Shown here: positions 10,760 through 23,150 of the stretch, one piece after another | Numbering within the stretch: position 1 is the stretch's first letter | Layout of the letters: each line of letters begins with the position of its first letter | NCBI GenBank assembly: GCA_965603825.1 | Contig: CBFDEM010000018.1 | Location: 434,001 to 498,000, forward strand | Length of the DNA stretch: 64,000 nucleotides | Source of the DNA: Blepharisma stoltei ATCC 30299 | Taxonomy: Eukaryota > Protista > Ciliophora | Reading direction: 5' to 3' | Program-made: the position numbers and the translations under genes | The notes under the pieces: generated by a model | The model's database searches: none | Seen by the model: only the letters and a program-made list of their open reading frames with translations | What the model was told of the DNA's origin: nothing

Positions 10760-13453
10760 TTAAAATTCTTCATCCCAATTCGCAGGGATCTGTGCTTTTG
10801 ATTTGCTCGGCTGCATTGGCGTTTCTGCTGAAATTTCATCCCTCAAAATATTATCCAAGAAATTTTTCTTTGACTTCGCTGCCTTTGAAGCTTCCGACGT
10901 CAATGACCTCAATTTTGGCACATAAGGTGGCGTGATCCCTCTTGAAAACAATTTTTCCCACTTAAACCCTGACAAAAACTTGTGTTTTTTCAGCTTAGAA
11001 ATGCTTCCACCAGTCCTAGAAGCCGCTTTTACGCTCAGAAGTTGTGTGATAATCGATTTCAGTGACAAAGTATGCTTAATATTTGTAGGGAACACTAAAT
11101 TATGCTCGATAACTTTTTCGTAAACTTTATATGTATCTTCTTCATTTTCACCGAACGGAACAGTCCCAAATACAAACTCAAAAATCATGACACCTAAGCT
11201 TCACCAGTCGACAGCAGAGTTATAGCCATTCCCCATGATAACTTCAGGGGCCATATAATGAGGAGTTCCTACCGTTGTGTAAGTGCGGCCGTTGACGATT
11301 TTAGCGATTCCGAAATCAATAAGTTTTGGGTATCCTTCTTCATCAATCATTATATTTTCAGGTTTTAAGTCTCTATATATAATTTCTCTTTTATGGAGAT
11401 ATTCAAGAATCACTACTAAACAAGCTGTATAAAACCTTGCATCATCTTCTTTTAGCAGCCCTAACTGCCTTAATACGTCAAATAAATCAATTCCTCTTAC
11501 ATATTCCATAAGGAAATAAATTCTTTTATTGTCTTTAAACGTCTTTACAAGCTTTACAATCATTGTATGGTCTAACTGCAGCAGAATTTTTCTTTCAAGA
11601 ACTAAGCTTTCATATATCCCATAAGCTACAATTTTGGCCCTTGGGACTGTTTTTAAAGCGTAAAACGCTCCTTTTTCTTTGTGGGCCATTAAATATACAT
11701 TCCCGAACATCCCTTTTCCAAGTGGTTTTATCATAACAAGCTGATCCAATGCTATAGTGTTATCTTGTAGCTCAATCCTTTTAAGTAGCTGTGTCCTCAT
11801 ACTAAAGTCTATAATACTTTCAAAGTCATTTTTCTCTAGTGTCCAGCACGTCACGTTGCCTTCAGCTACAACCGTCGCGCTTCTTCTTTCATTGAATAAA
11901 ATTGACCTTTCTCCAAAATAATCATGTATAGTAAGAGTCCTGACCTTTACATTTTCTTTGAAAATATTCACCCTTCCTGTTTTCACTATATACAAAGTAT
12001 CCCCTTCTTCGTTTTCTTGTACAATAGCTTGTCCATCCCTGAAATCAACAATTCTTAAAACATGTATCAAAGCTTTCAATCTGTCTTTAGGCAAGTTTCT
12101 AAGCAGTTGGACCTGTTTTAAAACAACTAAAGCAGCATTATTATTTGTAGCAGGCACAACGACGCCGCCTAAGCATTTTTCAAATTCCTCTTTAGAGATT
12201 TGGGCTATATCCACCTCAGAATCTGCCACATAATTTTCTATATTATTTTGGGTACAAGTTTGGTTAATTTTATCGTCTCCTATACATGCAAAAGTTTCGT
12301 AAACCCCTAGAGGCCCTCTTACCCTCCCTTTCATAATTATACACAATTTAGCACCTTGTAAAGAATTTTTGGATACCACAACTTCGCCTGGGCTGAATTT
12401 GGCGATTTTCATAGTGTCCATCATTTGTTGGGATTGGTCTTTTGTGAGGTTTTTTAATGATTCACTTTTTTCTATAGCTTTTTTTTGGATATTTCTATAT
12501 ATAACTTGTTGCAAATTCTCCCCTAAAGCTTCAAGCAAGCTTCCTCTTCCTATGCACAGTACTTTTACAGCTCCTACACAGGTAATTGTCGCTGTCCTTT
12601 TCGAATTATACAGCAAAGCTTGTTCACCAAAGAAATCCCCTTTGACCATCTGCCTAATCTCGACCCCATCTTTTGTACATGTAACAACGCCTTCTTTTAT
12701 TATATAAAATAAATCTCCAACTTCTCCTTCTTTCACAATGGTCTGTCTGTTATCCCATTTTTGTGTTGTGATAGAAGCAAGTAATGCTTCTTTCTGTTGG
12801 GTGGTTAAAATTTCAAAAATTGGGACACTATTGATAAATAATTTATTTTCTTCATAATTCATCCTATTTACAGCTTCGACTGCTTGCTTAAAGGTCATTC
12901 GGTCGACCCCTCACAAGGTCGATTTTTGTGCTGATTTAATTGTGGCTGTCCTTGGTTTGTCATCTAGCAGTGCAAGTTCTCCAAAGCTGGTGCCTGGCTT
13001 AAGCATGTTCTGTCGAATCCCGTTAACAATCACTTCAAGCCTACCTGTGGCTAATACAAAAAAATATTTCCCAGGCATTCCTTGTTGGGTTATAACCTCG
13101 CCTGAGTTAACTGAAAAGTGCTTCATTTGGTCTATAATATGCCGTTGACTATCTTCATCAAGATTCCTTAGGATAAAATGACTATTCAAAGCATTATTAA
13201 TCATCCCTATATCTTCGGCTGTTTTAGGACGTGCTGTTATGACGGCTGTCACGGCTTCGTTGACTTCTTTTACTTTTTGCCAAGTCACAGCAGCTATTTT
13301 TGGCTTTGATTTACGTTGGGCTGAGGATTTTGGCTCCTTTGTTTCTTCGTTAACTCCTTCAAAGCTTATAATAGGTTTGGAAGAAATAGGCTGAGTGGAG
13401 TTGCTGGGGTCGATTATTTCTTTTTGGAAGCATCCATTGCAAGCGTTACCCAT
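10760..13453 (-). CDS. cGMP-dependent protein kinase (PKG) paralog 1, 897 aa, 2 UGA
   Basis: MGNAC acylation motif, several cNMP domains (FGELALL..PRTAT, FGEQALL, FGERS), AGC kinase (GKGMFG, YRDLKPEN, DFG, GTPHYMAPE), WDEEF end. Confidence 0.93.
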
Positions 13454-13674
13454 TTATATATTGACAGTAAAAAATTTTTTTAGGATGAATCCATGTTTTC
13501 AGGAGGAAAAGCTATTTAAAAGAATGAAAAATGGAAAATTTGGCTGGAAAATGAAATTTGTGAGAAAAACAGAGAAAAATACAAATAAATAGAGAATCGA
13601 ATTTTTTGAAGAATTTATAGGGTGGATTATTAATATTATTTAAGGCATGATATTACAAATAATTTTTTGCTTGA

Positions 13675-15840
13675 TTATTTTCTTAGGTTTTCACTAGCTT
13701 TATGAAGAATTGCAACAAGCTTGAGCATACCTTCAGGGGTCTGTTCAATCTTCTTCGATGCTATCTGATTCTTTAGCTTTTTACAATAATCCTGCAGTTT
13801 CACATACTTTTCTTCCTCATCTAAAATCTGCCTCTGCAATTCTCCATTTTCTTGCTCTTTTTCCTCGTTCATCTTTTTAAGCCCCTCATTAATCACTTTC
13901 ATCTTATTAAGCTCCTCCTTATATCTCTGAAAATCTTCTAATATTTCTTCATCAGTATTCCCCCTCTTCAAAAGTTCAATTTCTCTTTCATTTCACGATT
14001 TTTCCAACAATTGTTCTTTTTCTCTCATTTCTTTGGCTTCTAGCTGAAGATTTTCTTTTTGTGTCAGAATTTCTTGGCAATTTTGATAAAGTTGGTCATA
14101 TTCTTTTGCCAATTCTTCTTGATTTTTTTGGATTTCTAACACCTTATGCTGTTCATTGAAATAAGAATTTTCTAAGCTCAAGCATCTTTTTCTCTCTGAA
14201 ATTAATTCTTCTTCATACTGTCCTAGCTGAAACTTAAGAAGCTCTATATCTTTGTGTGTTTCTGCGAACTCTCTTTGATGACTAAACACGTCTTCAATTA
14301 AACACAGATACCTTTCTGTGGTATTTTGATTTTCTTCAGACCTTGCCTCTTTTTCTGAAAATGCTTGTAATTGCTGGTTTAAATAGTCATTTTCGTTTTC
14401 TAGCTCAATTTTTTTTTGCTTTATTTCATTTAACTCCTGCTGAAGAATTTCAATAAAACCTTTTTTTTCTTCAATAAATTGTAAGGCGGATTGGTATTCT
14501 TCATTTGTTTTGCATTGATAAAACTCGATTCTGCATTTTTCGTTCTCTTCTTTGAGGTTTTTATTTTCAGCTTCTAAGGCTTCTTTAGTTTCTTTCCATT
14601 CTTTTTGGGTTGATTTTAGCTCTCTATAAAGGTCGATTTTTTCTCTGATGAGTTTTTCTACTTGTTTAGTGTTATTTGACATGTTTTCGAAAAGGAGTTT
14701 TTCTTTTTCATGGACGATTTTTTGCATTTGGTGAAGTTCTTCTTTGATTTTGTTAACCTCAGCCCTTAATCTGTTGTTTACTTCTTTTTCATTGTCAGAA
14801 AGCTCTTTCGTAGTTTTTATTTCTTTTTCTTTTTGCAGCAATGCTTTCCTGAGTGAAGCAATTTCAGGTTGAGCATTGATAAAATTTTCTTGGGTAAATT
14901 GGAGCTGTTGAGCTGATATACCTTTTTCATATTTAATATTTTCAAGCTCAGCTTTTAATTTTTCTAGGGTTGCTGATAAAGAATTTTTTGCAGCATTAGT
15001 TGCCAAAACTGTTTGCTCTAGCTCAGCATTTTTCTTTTTCATCTCAATAATCTCTTTTTCACTTTGTGCATAAAATCTTTCAAGATCTGAAAATTTTTCA
15101 ATTCCAGTTTTATACACATTTATTGGTGTTTCTTGATATTGTTTTACTTTTTCTTTATACATCTGCAATTCTTTCCCAAGATTTTCTATTTCTTCAATAA
15201 GCAATTTTTCGTCTTGCGAATATTCGTCAATTTTGTTTTCTTTTTTGGCTATTTCTTTTATAAATGCAAATAAATCTTTCTTTAGCGATTCTCCATCAAT
15301 TATTTTGGCATTTGTAAGAAAATTGTTTTGGAGCTTGAACTTTTGGTTCTCAACGATAACTTGACGGATTTGCTCTATTAAATAGTCATTGACGTTTTTT
15401 ACTATGCCATTCTCTTCAAGTATTGCAGACAAATACTCCTTTGTTCTCTGCAGCTCATCTATAGCAGCTTCATACTCTGGGACTAAATTTTCATGGTCAA
15501 ATTTTAGGTTATTGTACGTGATGATTAAGCTTTCATAGTTTTCTTTCTGCTGAGCTAATATTGGAGCTTTAGCTTCATAACTGTGTATATATTTTTCCAA
15601 TTTAGCCTTTAAATCATCAATTTCTTCTTGTGAGTTCAAATATTTTGACCCGAATTCTGTGAGTTTTGATGTAAGATAAGTGAATTGCTCGTTTCTGTCT
15701 TTTGGGTAATTTATAACTGGAATATTCATGTCTTCAGTTTCTGGGATCATTGCTTCTTGGTTTTCATTAGAGCTTTCTAGCTCAATTGTGTTTTCTTGAT
15801 GGTTATTTTTGTTTGATACCCTGTGCTTGAGCAAAGACAT
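13675..15840 (-). CDS. Long coiled-coil protein (721 aa), 1 UGA
   Basis: E/K/Q-rich heptads; two track ORFs joined across TGA 13993. Confidence 0.8.
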
Positions 15841-16115
15841 TTTATTATGGAATTAAGAAATGGAACCCCAAGCACTAATTTTGCATATACTTGAGAAATT
15901 TATTATTTTATATTTTGATTAGTATATATGCTCACAAAATTTTACATTTAAATCCATAGAAAAGGATAGCATAATAACGTAATTTTATATAATCAATACA
16001 AATTCATGGAAAAATATAATAGCTGTTATTAAAAACAAACTAATAGAAAGCATTATATTTTAAATAAAATTTGGCCATAAATAAATAAAAAATGTTATTA
16101 CAATCTATGATTCTC

Positions 16116-17384
16116 CTAATTTTCGTCACTTTCTCCTCCGACTTGAATTTTAACCTGAGCATCTTCTCTATCTTCAATCCTCTGCAAATTATCAGGAATT
16201 TCCCCTGATAGCAAAGATGGATACGTAAAATTCAACGTTGTGTTAAATCCAAAAAATGGAGAGTCATTTCGAATCAAATTTGGCAGGTTAGAAACAGGCG
16301 AATTTAAATCATTATCACTTTGATTGAAATTATTGCGATTTGCATTATTTCTGTGATCAGTTCCATTGCATGGACTATTACCTCAGATATCAGGGATTTG
16401 AAAAGGTCCATTTTGATTAGTAGAGTTGCCAGGTGGACTATAAGAATGAGTGGTATTTACAGATGTATCATTAGAGTTGCCTGTATTATTGGATGGTCCA
16501 GTTTGAGGATCGCTTGAATTTGATGACTGAGAGCTGCCGTTTGAATCTGTAGAGTTTGTATCTGATTGCTGATTAGTAGCGTTTGAATCTGAATGGCTAG
16601 TAGATGAATTATCCTTTATATTATTTTCTGAGTTGGATGTATTAGAGTTTGTAGAATTTGAGTTTTGATTACTAGAAGTAGAGTTAGTTCCAGATCAATT
16701 AGAAGTATTATTGCTAGCTTGAGAAGCATTTGAAGGATTTGTGTTATTTGAATCAGGAATATTTGACTCAGATCCATTATCAGTACAATTTGGCTGAGAA
16801 GAATTAGCATTAGAATCGTTTGGTATCGACGAAGTTTGGTTTGATAACTCGTTTTTAGTTGTATTCACTTCGGAGTTCGATGAATTATTTTGCAAGATTG
16901 AATCTGATGCGTTATTATTGGTATGATTTGCTTCTTGGCTATTTGATTGATTGTTGTTAGAAGTTGAATTTGATGGCTTTGAACAGTTATTGCTTTCATT
17001 ATTTTGCTGATTATTTATAGTAGTGCAATCAGTATTGTTGGCCTTCGAGCAACATGTAGGATCTTTGCTATTTGTTGGAGCCTCATTGCAATAGCAGTGG
17101 CATCGGCAAAGATCAATATTTTCGCACTCACAGCTGCATGCACAATTTCCAGGACCTCAAGTTCGTGTTTCAATTAGTCGTAAATTATCAGCTTGATCAT
17201 TGTTGCTAATATTAGTAGAATTATTGTAAGAATCAACAAAATTGTAATTTCCATCAGTATATCCATGATCACAAGTGCATACATTTCGTTCTAAAAGAGG
17301 ATCCTTAACAAAATCTTCGAAATTATCATCTTTCCCAAAAGTTAAACTAACCGAGCATAGAAAAATAAATAGAAAAATCTTCAT
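16116..17384 (-). CDS. Secreted Cys-cluster, Asn/Ser/Thr-rich glycoprotein (422 aa), 3 UGA
   Basis: Signal peptide MKIFLFIFLCSVSLTFG; CACSCEC..LCRCHCYC; long N/S/T tract with many N-x-S/T sequons; open frame to TAG at 16116-16118 when TGA=W. Confidence 0.8.
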
Positions 17385-17570
17385 CAGAAAAAAAATAATA
17401 TGTCGACAAAAATATCCATTTATTTAATTAAATCGAAAATAACGGTATTTTATACGTTTAAAATAAGAAAAATCTTAAATGTAATTAAAGTATAATAAAT
17501 ATGCAATCTTCGATCTTAAAAGAGTTAATTTAATTCAATAGGTGATTTTAAGAAAAACTCAATCAGAATA

Positions 17571-17584
17571 TGTCCCATAATAAA
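17571..17584 (+). promoter_or_regulatory. Putative snRNA proximal/upstream sequence element (TGTCCCATAATAAA)
   Basis: CCCATAA core ~55 nt upstream of the inferred U1 start, resembling the upstream element of ciliate snRNA genes as recalled. Confidence 0.4.
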
Positions 17585-17627
17585 ATAATTCAAAAAGTTA
17601 TTATAAAAAGAAATATGAAAATTATAT

Positions 17628-17790
17628 TCAATTACAATGGTTGGAGTGAATCATTGATCAATCAATACAATCACTTAGGGTGGAGCAGATCCTTTGAACA
17701 CTGATTTCTGTAAAGCCCTATAGCTTCCCGCTTGGGTTGCTGACTACTAAATTTCTGGTAGTGGGGATGTGTGCTTGCCGCCTCCCCGCC
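17628..17790 (+). ncRNA. U1: U1 spliceosomal snRNA with divergent 5' end
   Basis: ~160 nt; SL1 AGUGA/UCACU with GAUCA loop; SL2 UAGGGU/GCCCUA; SL3 UAGC..CCC-GCUU-GGG..GCUG; Sm site AAUUUCUGG followed by UAGUGGGGA..UCCCC SL4, as in the U1 3' end. Confidence 0.85.
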
Positions 17791-17891
17791 TTCAATAATT
17801 AACGAAATCATACCTAAGAACCTATTTTAAATTTTATACTAAAATATTCATAAAAATTCTATAATGATGACAAGAAATCTCCCTGTCATTG

Positions 17892-18737
17892 ATGACACTA
17901 CTCATCCTTGCACTGAATAAAATAAGTACCGACGAAGCCAAAAACCAAGACCCAGATCCAGTCCTAGTTATTTATCCTCCAGACTCTAAATCCAGCATCA
18001 CTATCAGAGAGTCAGATTTTTCTCGACTAAACCCAATTGAATTTTTGAACGACAATTTAGTTGATTTTTTTATCAAATATTTCATCACAGAAAGCAACAA
18101 AGACAATTTTTTCGCATTCAGCAGTTTTTTCTATGTCTCAATCGTAGAAAGTGGCTATGATAAAGTTTTGAAGTGAAATAAAGGCTGCGACATTTTTGAA
18201 AAAGATTTTTGGATTATCCCAATCGCTGACAATAATCATTGATTACTTTTAATTGTCGCTTATCCTCAGTATGTTTTTATAGAAAATTCTGAAATTCAAC
18301 CAGCGATTTTATTATTTGATTCTCTAAGTTTTGGAATGGAAGATCTGGCCCATATGGTCAGAATTTATATAGGGCTTGAATGAGCACAAAAACAAGGGCT
18401 GGAATATGACTCAGTGCAAGAAGACGATATTCCACTAGTTATCCCGTCAGTTCCTCAGCAAAACAATTGATGGGATTGTGGGATTTATGTGATTAATTAT
18501 GCCAAAAAATTTATTGAAAGCCCTGAACCATTTTTGCTGGATTTAAATTGTGAAGAAATTTTTGATATGGATGAATTTAATAAGGGTAGGTGGATTTATA
18601 AGAATATTTTGAACCAGCTAGGAACAGGAAATATTGTAAAAGAAGGGGTCAATATTTATCTGAAAAAATCAAAGAGAAGACATAGGAGGAAGCCACAAAG
18701 GCCGTTAGATGAAGAATTTTATTATGAAAATAACTAA
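17892..18737 (+). CDS. Ulp/SENP SUMO protease (peptidase C48), 4 UGA
   Basis: FLNDNLVDFF, FSSFFY, IPI..NH[W]LL, FDSL, PQQNN[W]WDCGIYV catalytic H-D-C; start codon uncertain. Confidence 0.9.
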
Positions 18738-19224
18738 TAAAAACTCAAAATTTTTTACTTATTCCTTTAATTTTCTAGTGTTTTTTAAAAATTAATTTTT
18801 GAATCTCTTTACTTTTTCTCACAGGATTTCTTAAAAAGCCCGTTTTTCTTAATTCTGATCAATAGCAAATCTGTTCCATCTGTCTGATCAGTTAAAAATG
18901 GAACCATATTCATATAAACTTATGGAATAGTTCCTACATGTTGTTACTCAAGATCTAAGCAAATTCCCATAGCCAGGTCTTATCTAATATAATCGCATAA
19001 AATTATTCAGAAATACAACAAACACAACAAATAATAAATAAATTTAAAATCTTCAAAAGTAACTTATATTAAACTTTCTAAATATGATAATCATACTTGG
19101 GATAAGAGAAGTGCTTTTAATCTTTTTTCTTGTAATTGAATTCACCACATTTAGTCTAAAATAACTATTTTTTACTTAATTTTATGACTTAAAATGGTGG
19201 CCATCATTAATTTAAAAAAATAAA

Positions 19225-20040
19225 ATGAAGCTATTAGTTCTGATAATCCTTGCAGGCTCCAGCTTTGCTTATGCTCAAGCCGATCATAAAGGAAGAAATG
19301 CTCAAGACGATTCAGGTCTTTGTTTATGCCAAGGCAACCAGTCTTCAGTAGTCGTGAATAATTCTTCTGGAGTAGAGACTCGGACTCAAACAAGACATAT
19401 TCAAGGAGGATGTAATTGTTCTTGCATATGCAATTGCACATCGCCAAACATGTGTAGCTGTGATTGTTCATGCTTCAATGGTTCTGCAGTTAACCAAACC
19501 AGTCAGCCTAACCAAACTGGCCAAAATGCTTCTTCACAAAATCAATCACTTTCTAATCTAACTTGCAATTGCAACTCGTCTTCTGCTAACCAGACCGTAC
19601 AAAATTCTTCAAATTCCTCACAGTTTATAGTGATTATTACTAATCAATCTGAGCTTGGAGATCTTATATGTGAATGCAATCAAACTAGAGGAAATCTAAG
19701 CGGTGGAAATCTATTGAATGTATCTGGCTCGCCACAAGTGATAAGAGTTCCCGCAAATGAAACGGATATAGAGTGTGTATGCAACACAACTACTATTGAA
19801 GTAAATATTACGAATATTAGTGAAACCCAAAATCAAACTGTTGTTAATAGGAGCAATACAGCTAATACGACTTCGTCATGCCGATGCAATGTTAGTATTC
19901 TGAATTCAACTATGGCGAATATTAGCAGCAGCTCAAGAAGACTTCTGGATATCCCTGAATTTATGAGAATTAAGAAAGATTTCAAATATACTGAAGATTT
20001 CTTGAAAGATAGGAAAAGAAGACTAAGTATGCATTATTAA
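19225..20040 (+). CDS. Secreted Cys-rich, N-glycosylation-rich protein
   Basis: Signal peptide MKLLVLIILAGSSFAYA, repeated CxC motifs, many N-x-S/T, RRLL and RRLS near the C-terminus. Confidence 0.8.
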   Translation: MKLLVLIILAGSSFAYAQADHKGRNAQDDSGLCLCQGNQSSVVVNNSSGVETRTQTRHIQGGCNCSCICNCTSPNMCSCDCSCFNGSAVNQTSQPNQTGQNASSQNQSLSNLTCNCNSSSANQTVQNSSNSSQFIVIITNQSELGDLICECNQTRGNLSGGNLLNVSGSPQVIRVPANETDIECVCNTTTIEVNITNISETQNQTVVNRSNTANTTSSCRCNVSILNSTMANISSSSRRLLDIPEFMRIKKDFKYTEDFLKDRKRRLSMHY

Positions 20041-20792
20041 TAAGCAAATTAGCTATTTATCAATATATAAAGCCTTTTTAAATTAAATTAAAATTTTTTC
20101 TCAGGATAAAAAATTATGCTTTGTTCTGTTTTGGGTAAGCAAAATTCCTTAAATAATTAATAGAATAATTTAATCAAGATAGCAACACCTTATATATCTG
20201 CCAAGGCAAATAAACATATATAAATATTTTTTTTAAGCAAAATCATAACTTATAAATAATTATCTTAAATGATTTATGCAATAAATTGCTATTAATATCT
20301 GCGTTGACTAAATTAATGCTTTCATACAATGACCTTTAATTCTTGATCCTCTGTACTTGAAAATTATAAAATGCTATGCCGCTTTCACGGCCTGAAATAG
20401 CTCTAAAATTTAGAAACTAAGTGTCTCTATCTAATTAAGCTTATTGCCATCGGAACTCTAATCATTGAAATCAAATTTTATCCTTCTGATATCTCTTATT
20501 TAAGCAATAGCTATTTTCATTAGTGCTATATTTGTTAAGCGGCGTATTAATAAAATATTTTTTATAAATTTTAAAAATTCAAGCTCAGACTTATTTTTAA
20601 AGCAATTCTGATTTAATGCCATAATTTAAATATTATTTCTAGAGCTCACTTTCATTTTCTAGATAAAATTTCTATTGTTAATTGCGAGATTTCCCTTTTG
20701 CTTTTTATCATAGCTTCTAGAAAAGTTCGATTACTGCTTAAGTTGTTTATATCTAATTTTACTTCTCTCTGCCTAATTTCATATAAGTAAAT

Positions 20793-21305
20793 ATGGATAT
20801 TAGCCAAGAATTTTCAGAAAAACCATCTCCGCTTCCTCATCCAATAAGTTTAATACTAGTGAAAAGCACAAGAACCCGAAATAGCATTCCGTGCACTACT
20901 TGTGGCATGCTTTTCAAGCTTAAATCAGATTTGGTTCTGCATAGATTTTCCAATCAGGAGGTGATGATGAGCAAAGACATAGCAAAAACTTGTTCAAAAT
21001 TAGTGGAAAAGGAAGAGTCGGACCTTGAACTTTCAGATGACGAAGAGGGTAAAGAATTTTTTTGTAAAGAATGCAATATTGAATTTAAGTCCAGAAAAGG
21101 AATGAGACAACATATGGGGAAAGTCCATGATACAAAATACAAACATTCAAGATGCTCGATATGCAAAAAAAAATTTCGTAACAAGTATGCTGTTAAGTTT
21201 CACTGAAAGCAGGTACACGAAAAATCAACGCGAGCAAAATGTGAGAAGTGTGGAAGAGTTTTTTACAACAAATACCTTTTAATTAACCACTCTGAAAAGT
21301 GTTAA
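20793..21305 (+). CDS. C2H2 zinc-finger protein, 1 UGA
   Basis: CxxC..H..H fingers; reading TGA 21204 as Trp completes finger H[W]KQVH and adds CEKC...H; TAA 21303. Confidence 0.85.
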
Positions 21306-21670
21306 AATAATCGCCATTTATGGATAAGTATGTTTAAAAATAAATTTTCGACCCTCATGAATTTCACCAAAATCTCGTTACAAATATTAGAATATTAAAT
21401 ATGCCGAATACTATACTTATATTTTTTCTAGCTTTCAATTTTAAGCCTATTGAAATAATAACTTATTTGGGATTAAATAAAAGAAATTAAAATTATTGAT
21501 ATTAGCCGCAGACAATATAGACGAGATTTATTTTTAGATAAACCTAATATATGATTTTATCACCTAAAGTGGAGTTTATTTGTCATTTCATGTCAAAAGA
21601 TTTTATCATAAAAAGTAATTTTAAACGAAAAATACGAATAATCAGAAATAAAAGCGATTTTTTAATATAA

Positions 21671-22312
21671 ATGTCTGACTTAATTGCAGGGATTTTAGAA
21701 CTTTGCTTTAGCACTGATATGTGCTCAATCTGCTGCTCACTGCCAGCTCATCTACTTAAATATATTGGTAATTGCACTTGCTTTATAGCTCGTGTATGCT
21801 GCAATGATATAAAAGCTTGCCATTGTTCAGGCTGTGCCAATTGCATATGTGAAAGTTGTGAACCTGCTTTAGATAATTTTTCTTTTAGTGTAGGAGAATG
21901 TACAGGCTCTTGCTCAGTTTGATGTGATTGGTTTTGCAATAATGTGTCATCTTATTTTTTAAAGTTTTGTAATCCATGCAACTGCTTAGAACGCCTTCAT
22001 GTGCCAATAAGAGATTCAGATGAAATTCTAGGGAATATTGATAATCCAGTTTTACGAATACTTACTCCGAATGATGCTATAGGTGTGCTAAATTTATTTA
22101 GTCATCCAACTTTTAGCCCTTTTTACATTTTTGACAAAAATGCTTTTGTTCCTGCTGATATGGGTGCCATTAGAAGGGTAAAAAGCGCCAAAGGAAGAGT
22201 AAACCAAAATGAAGAAAATGATGAAAAGCACAAAGAAGAAGCAAAAGAAAATGGGATGGGAGGAAAAAGACATACTTTTGATGCAAGTGACTTTAAAATA
22301 GCTCCTATTTAA
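21671..22312 (+). CDS. Cys-rich hypothetical protein, 1 UGA
   Basis: Two track ORFs in frame across TGA 21920; very Cys-rich N-terminal half. Confidence 0.7.
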
Positions 22313-23150
22313 ATTATTCACGAATGAAAATTACAAGGCAGTCTCAGAAAAAAAATATTAAATCTAATATTTACTTATAGTAGCCTCGATATGTTAAACT
22401 AGAAAAATTCGAAATTAAAAAAATTCGAAATTGTAAAAATCCTCACGCATATAAGATTGATGCGATATCCTGAATAAAATATAAAAGGATTCATTATAAA
22501 ATGATTTTATTATAAGCGATTTAATTCACTAGAAGATTTGAAGTATATGATTTTAGTTTTAAGTGCTCAAGGAATTAAAATATCATTTTATTAAGAGTAT
22601 TATCAAAACATTGCTGCACCTGTAGTAATTTTAAGTTATTTTTCCATTATAGCTTATCAGATTTGTATATGAGCATCCTTATTCTTCAGAATCTCGAAGG
22701 CTGTTAACTTTAACTAAAATGGCTTATTTTTAAACATGGAATGTCGAAGTATAATTTAGGATAGCATTATTAATATAGAATATAGTATCAAGATTATTTA
22801 TAATAAGCAAAAATAAATTTAATATAGACATATATAAATCTGATAAGCAAATTATTATTAGCAAAATAATAATTAAAGCTTTTACAAGTAATAAAAATTA
22901 ATAAAAGAGTTTTAAGAACAATTCAAGGAAATTAATATATATAGCTGTATTAAAAATACTAACTTTTACAGCAAAATTTACATATTAAAATTTATCTTCT
23001 ATGTTTTACTAAAATAAGCATAAATCTAAAATTTTTGCATATATTTTGTGATTTTCCTTTAAAATGATATCAAATTATCCATAAATAATTGCTAAGATCT
23101 TATGCTAAACATTTTTCTAATATCTTTACAGATAAAATTATAATTTATAA

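Noticed and set aside
17628-17790. Alternative identity as U11, U4 or a tRNA
   Set aside because: The four-stem layout, GAUCA loop and Sm-site/SL4 sequence fit U1; no U11 5' motif, U6-pairing arm or tRNA T-loop seen
22400-22440. Short direct repeat AAAAATTCGAAATT x2
   Set aside because: Low complexity in AT-rich DNA; no supporting context
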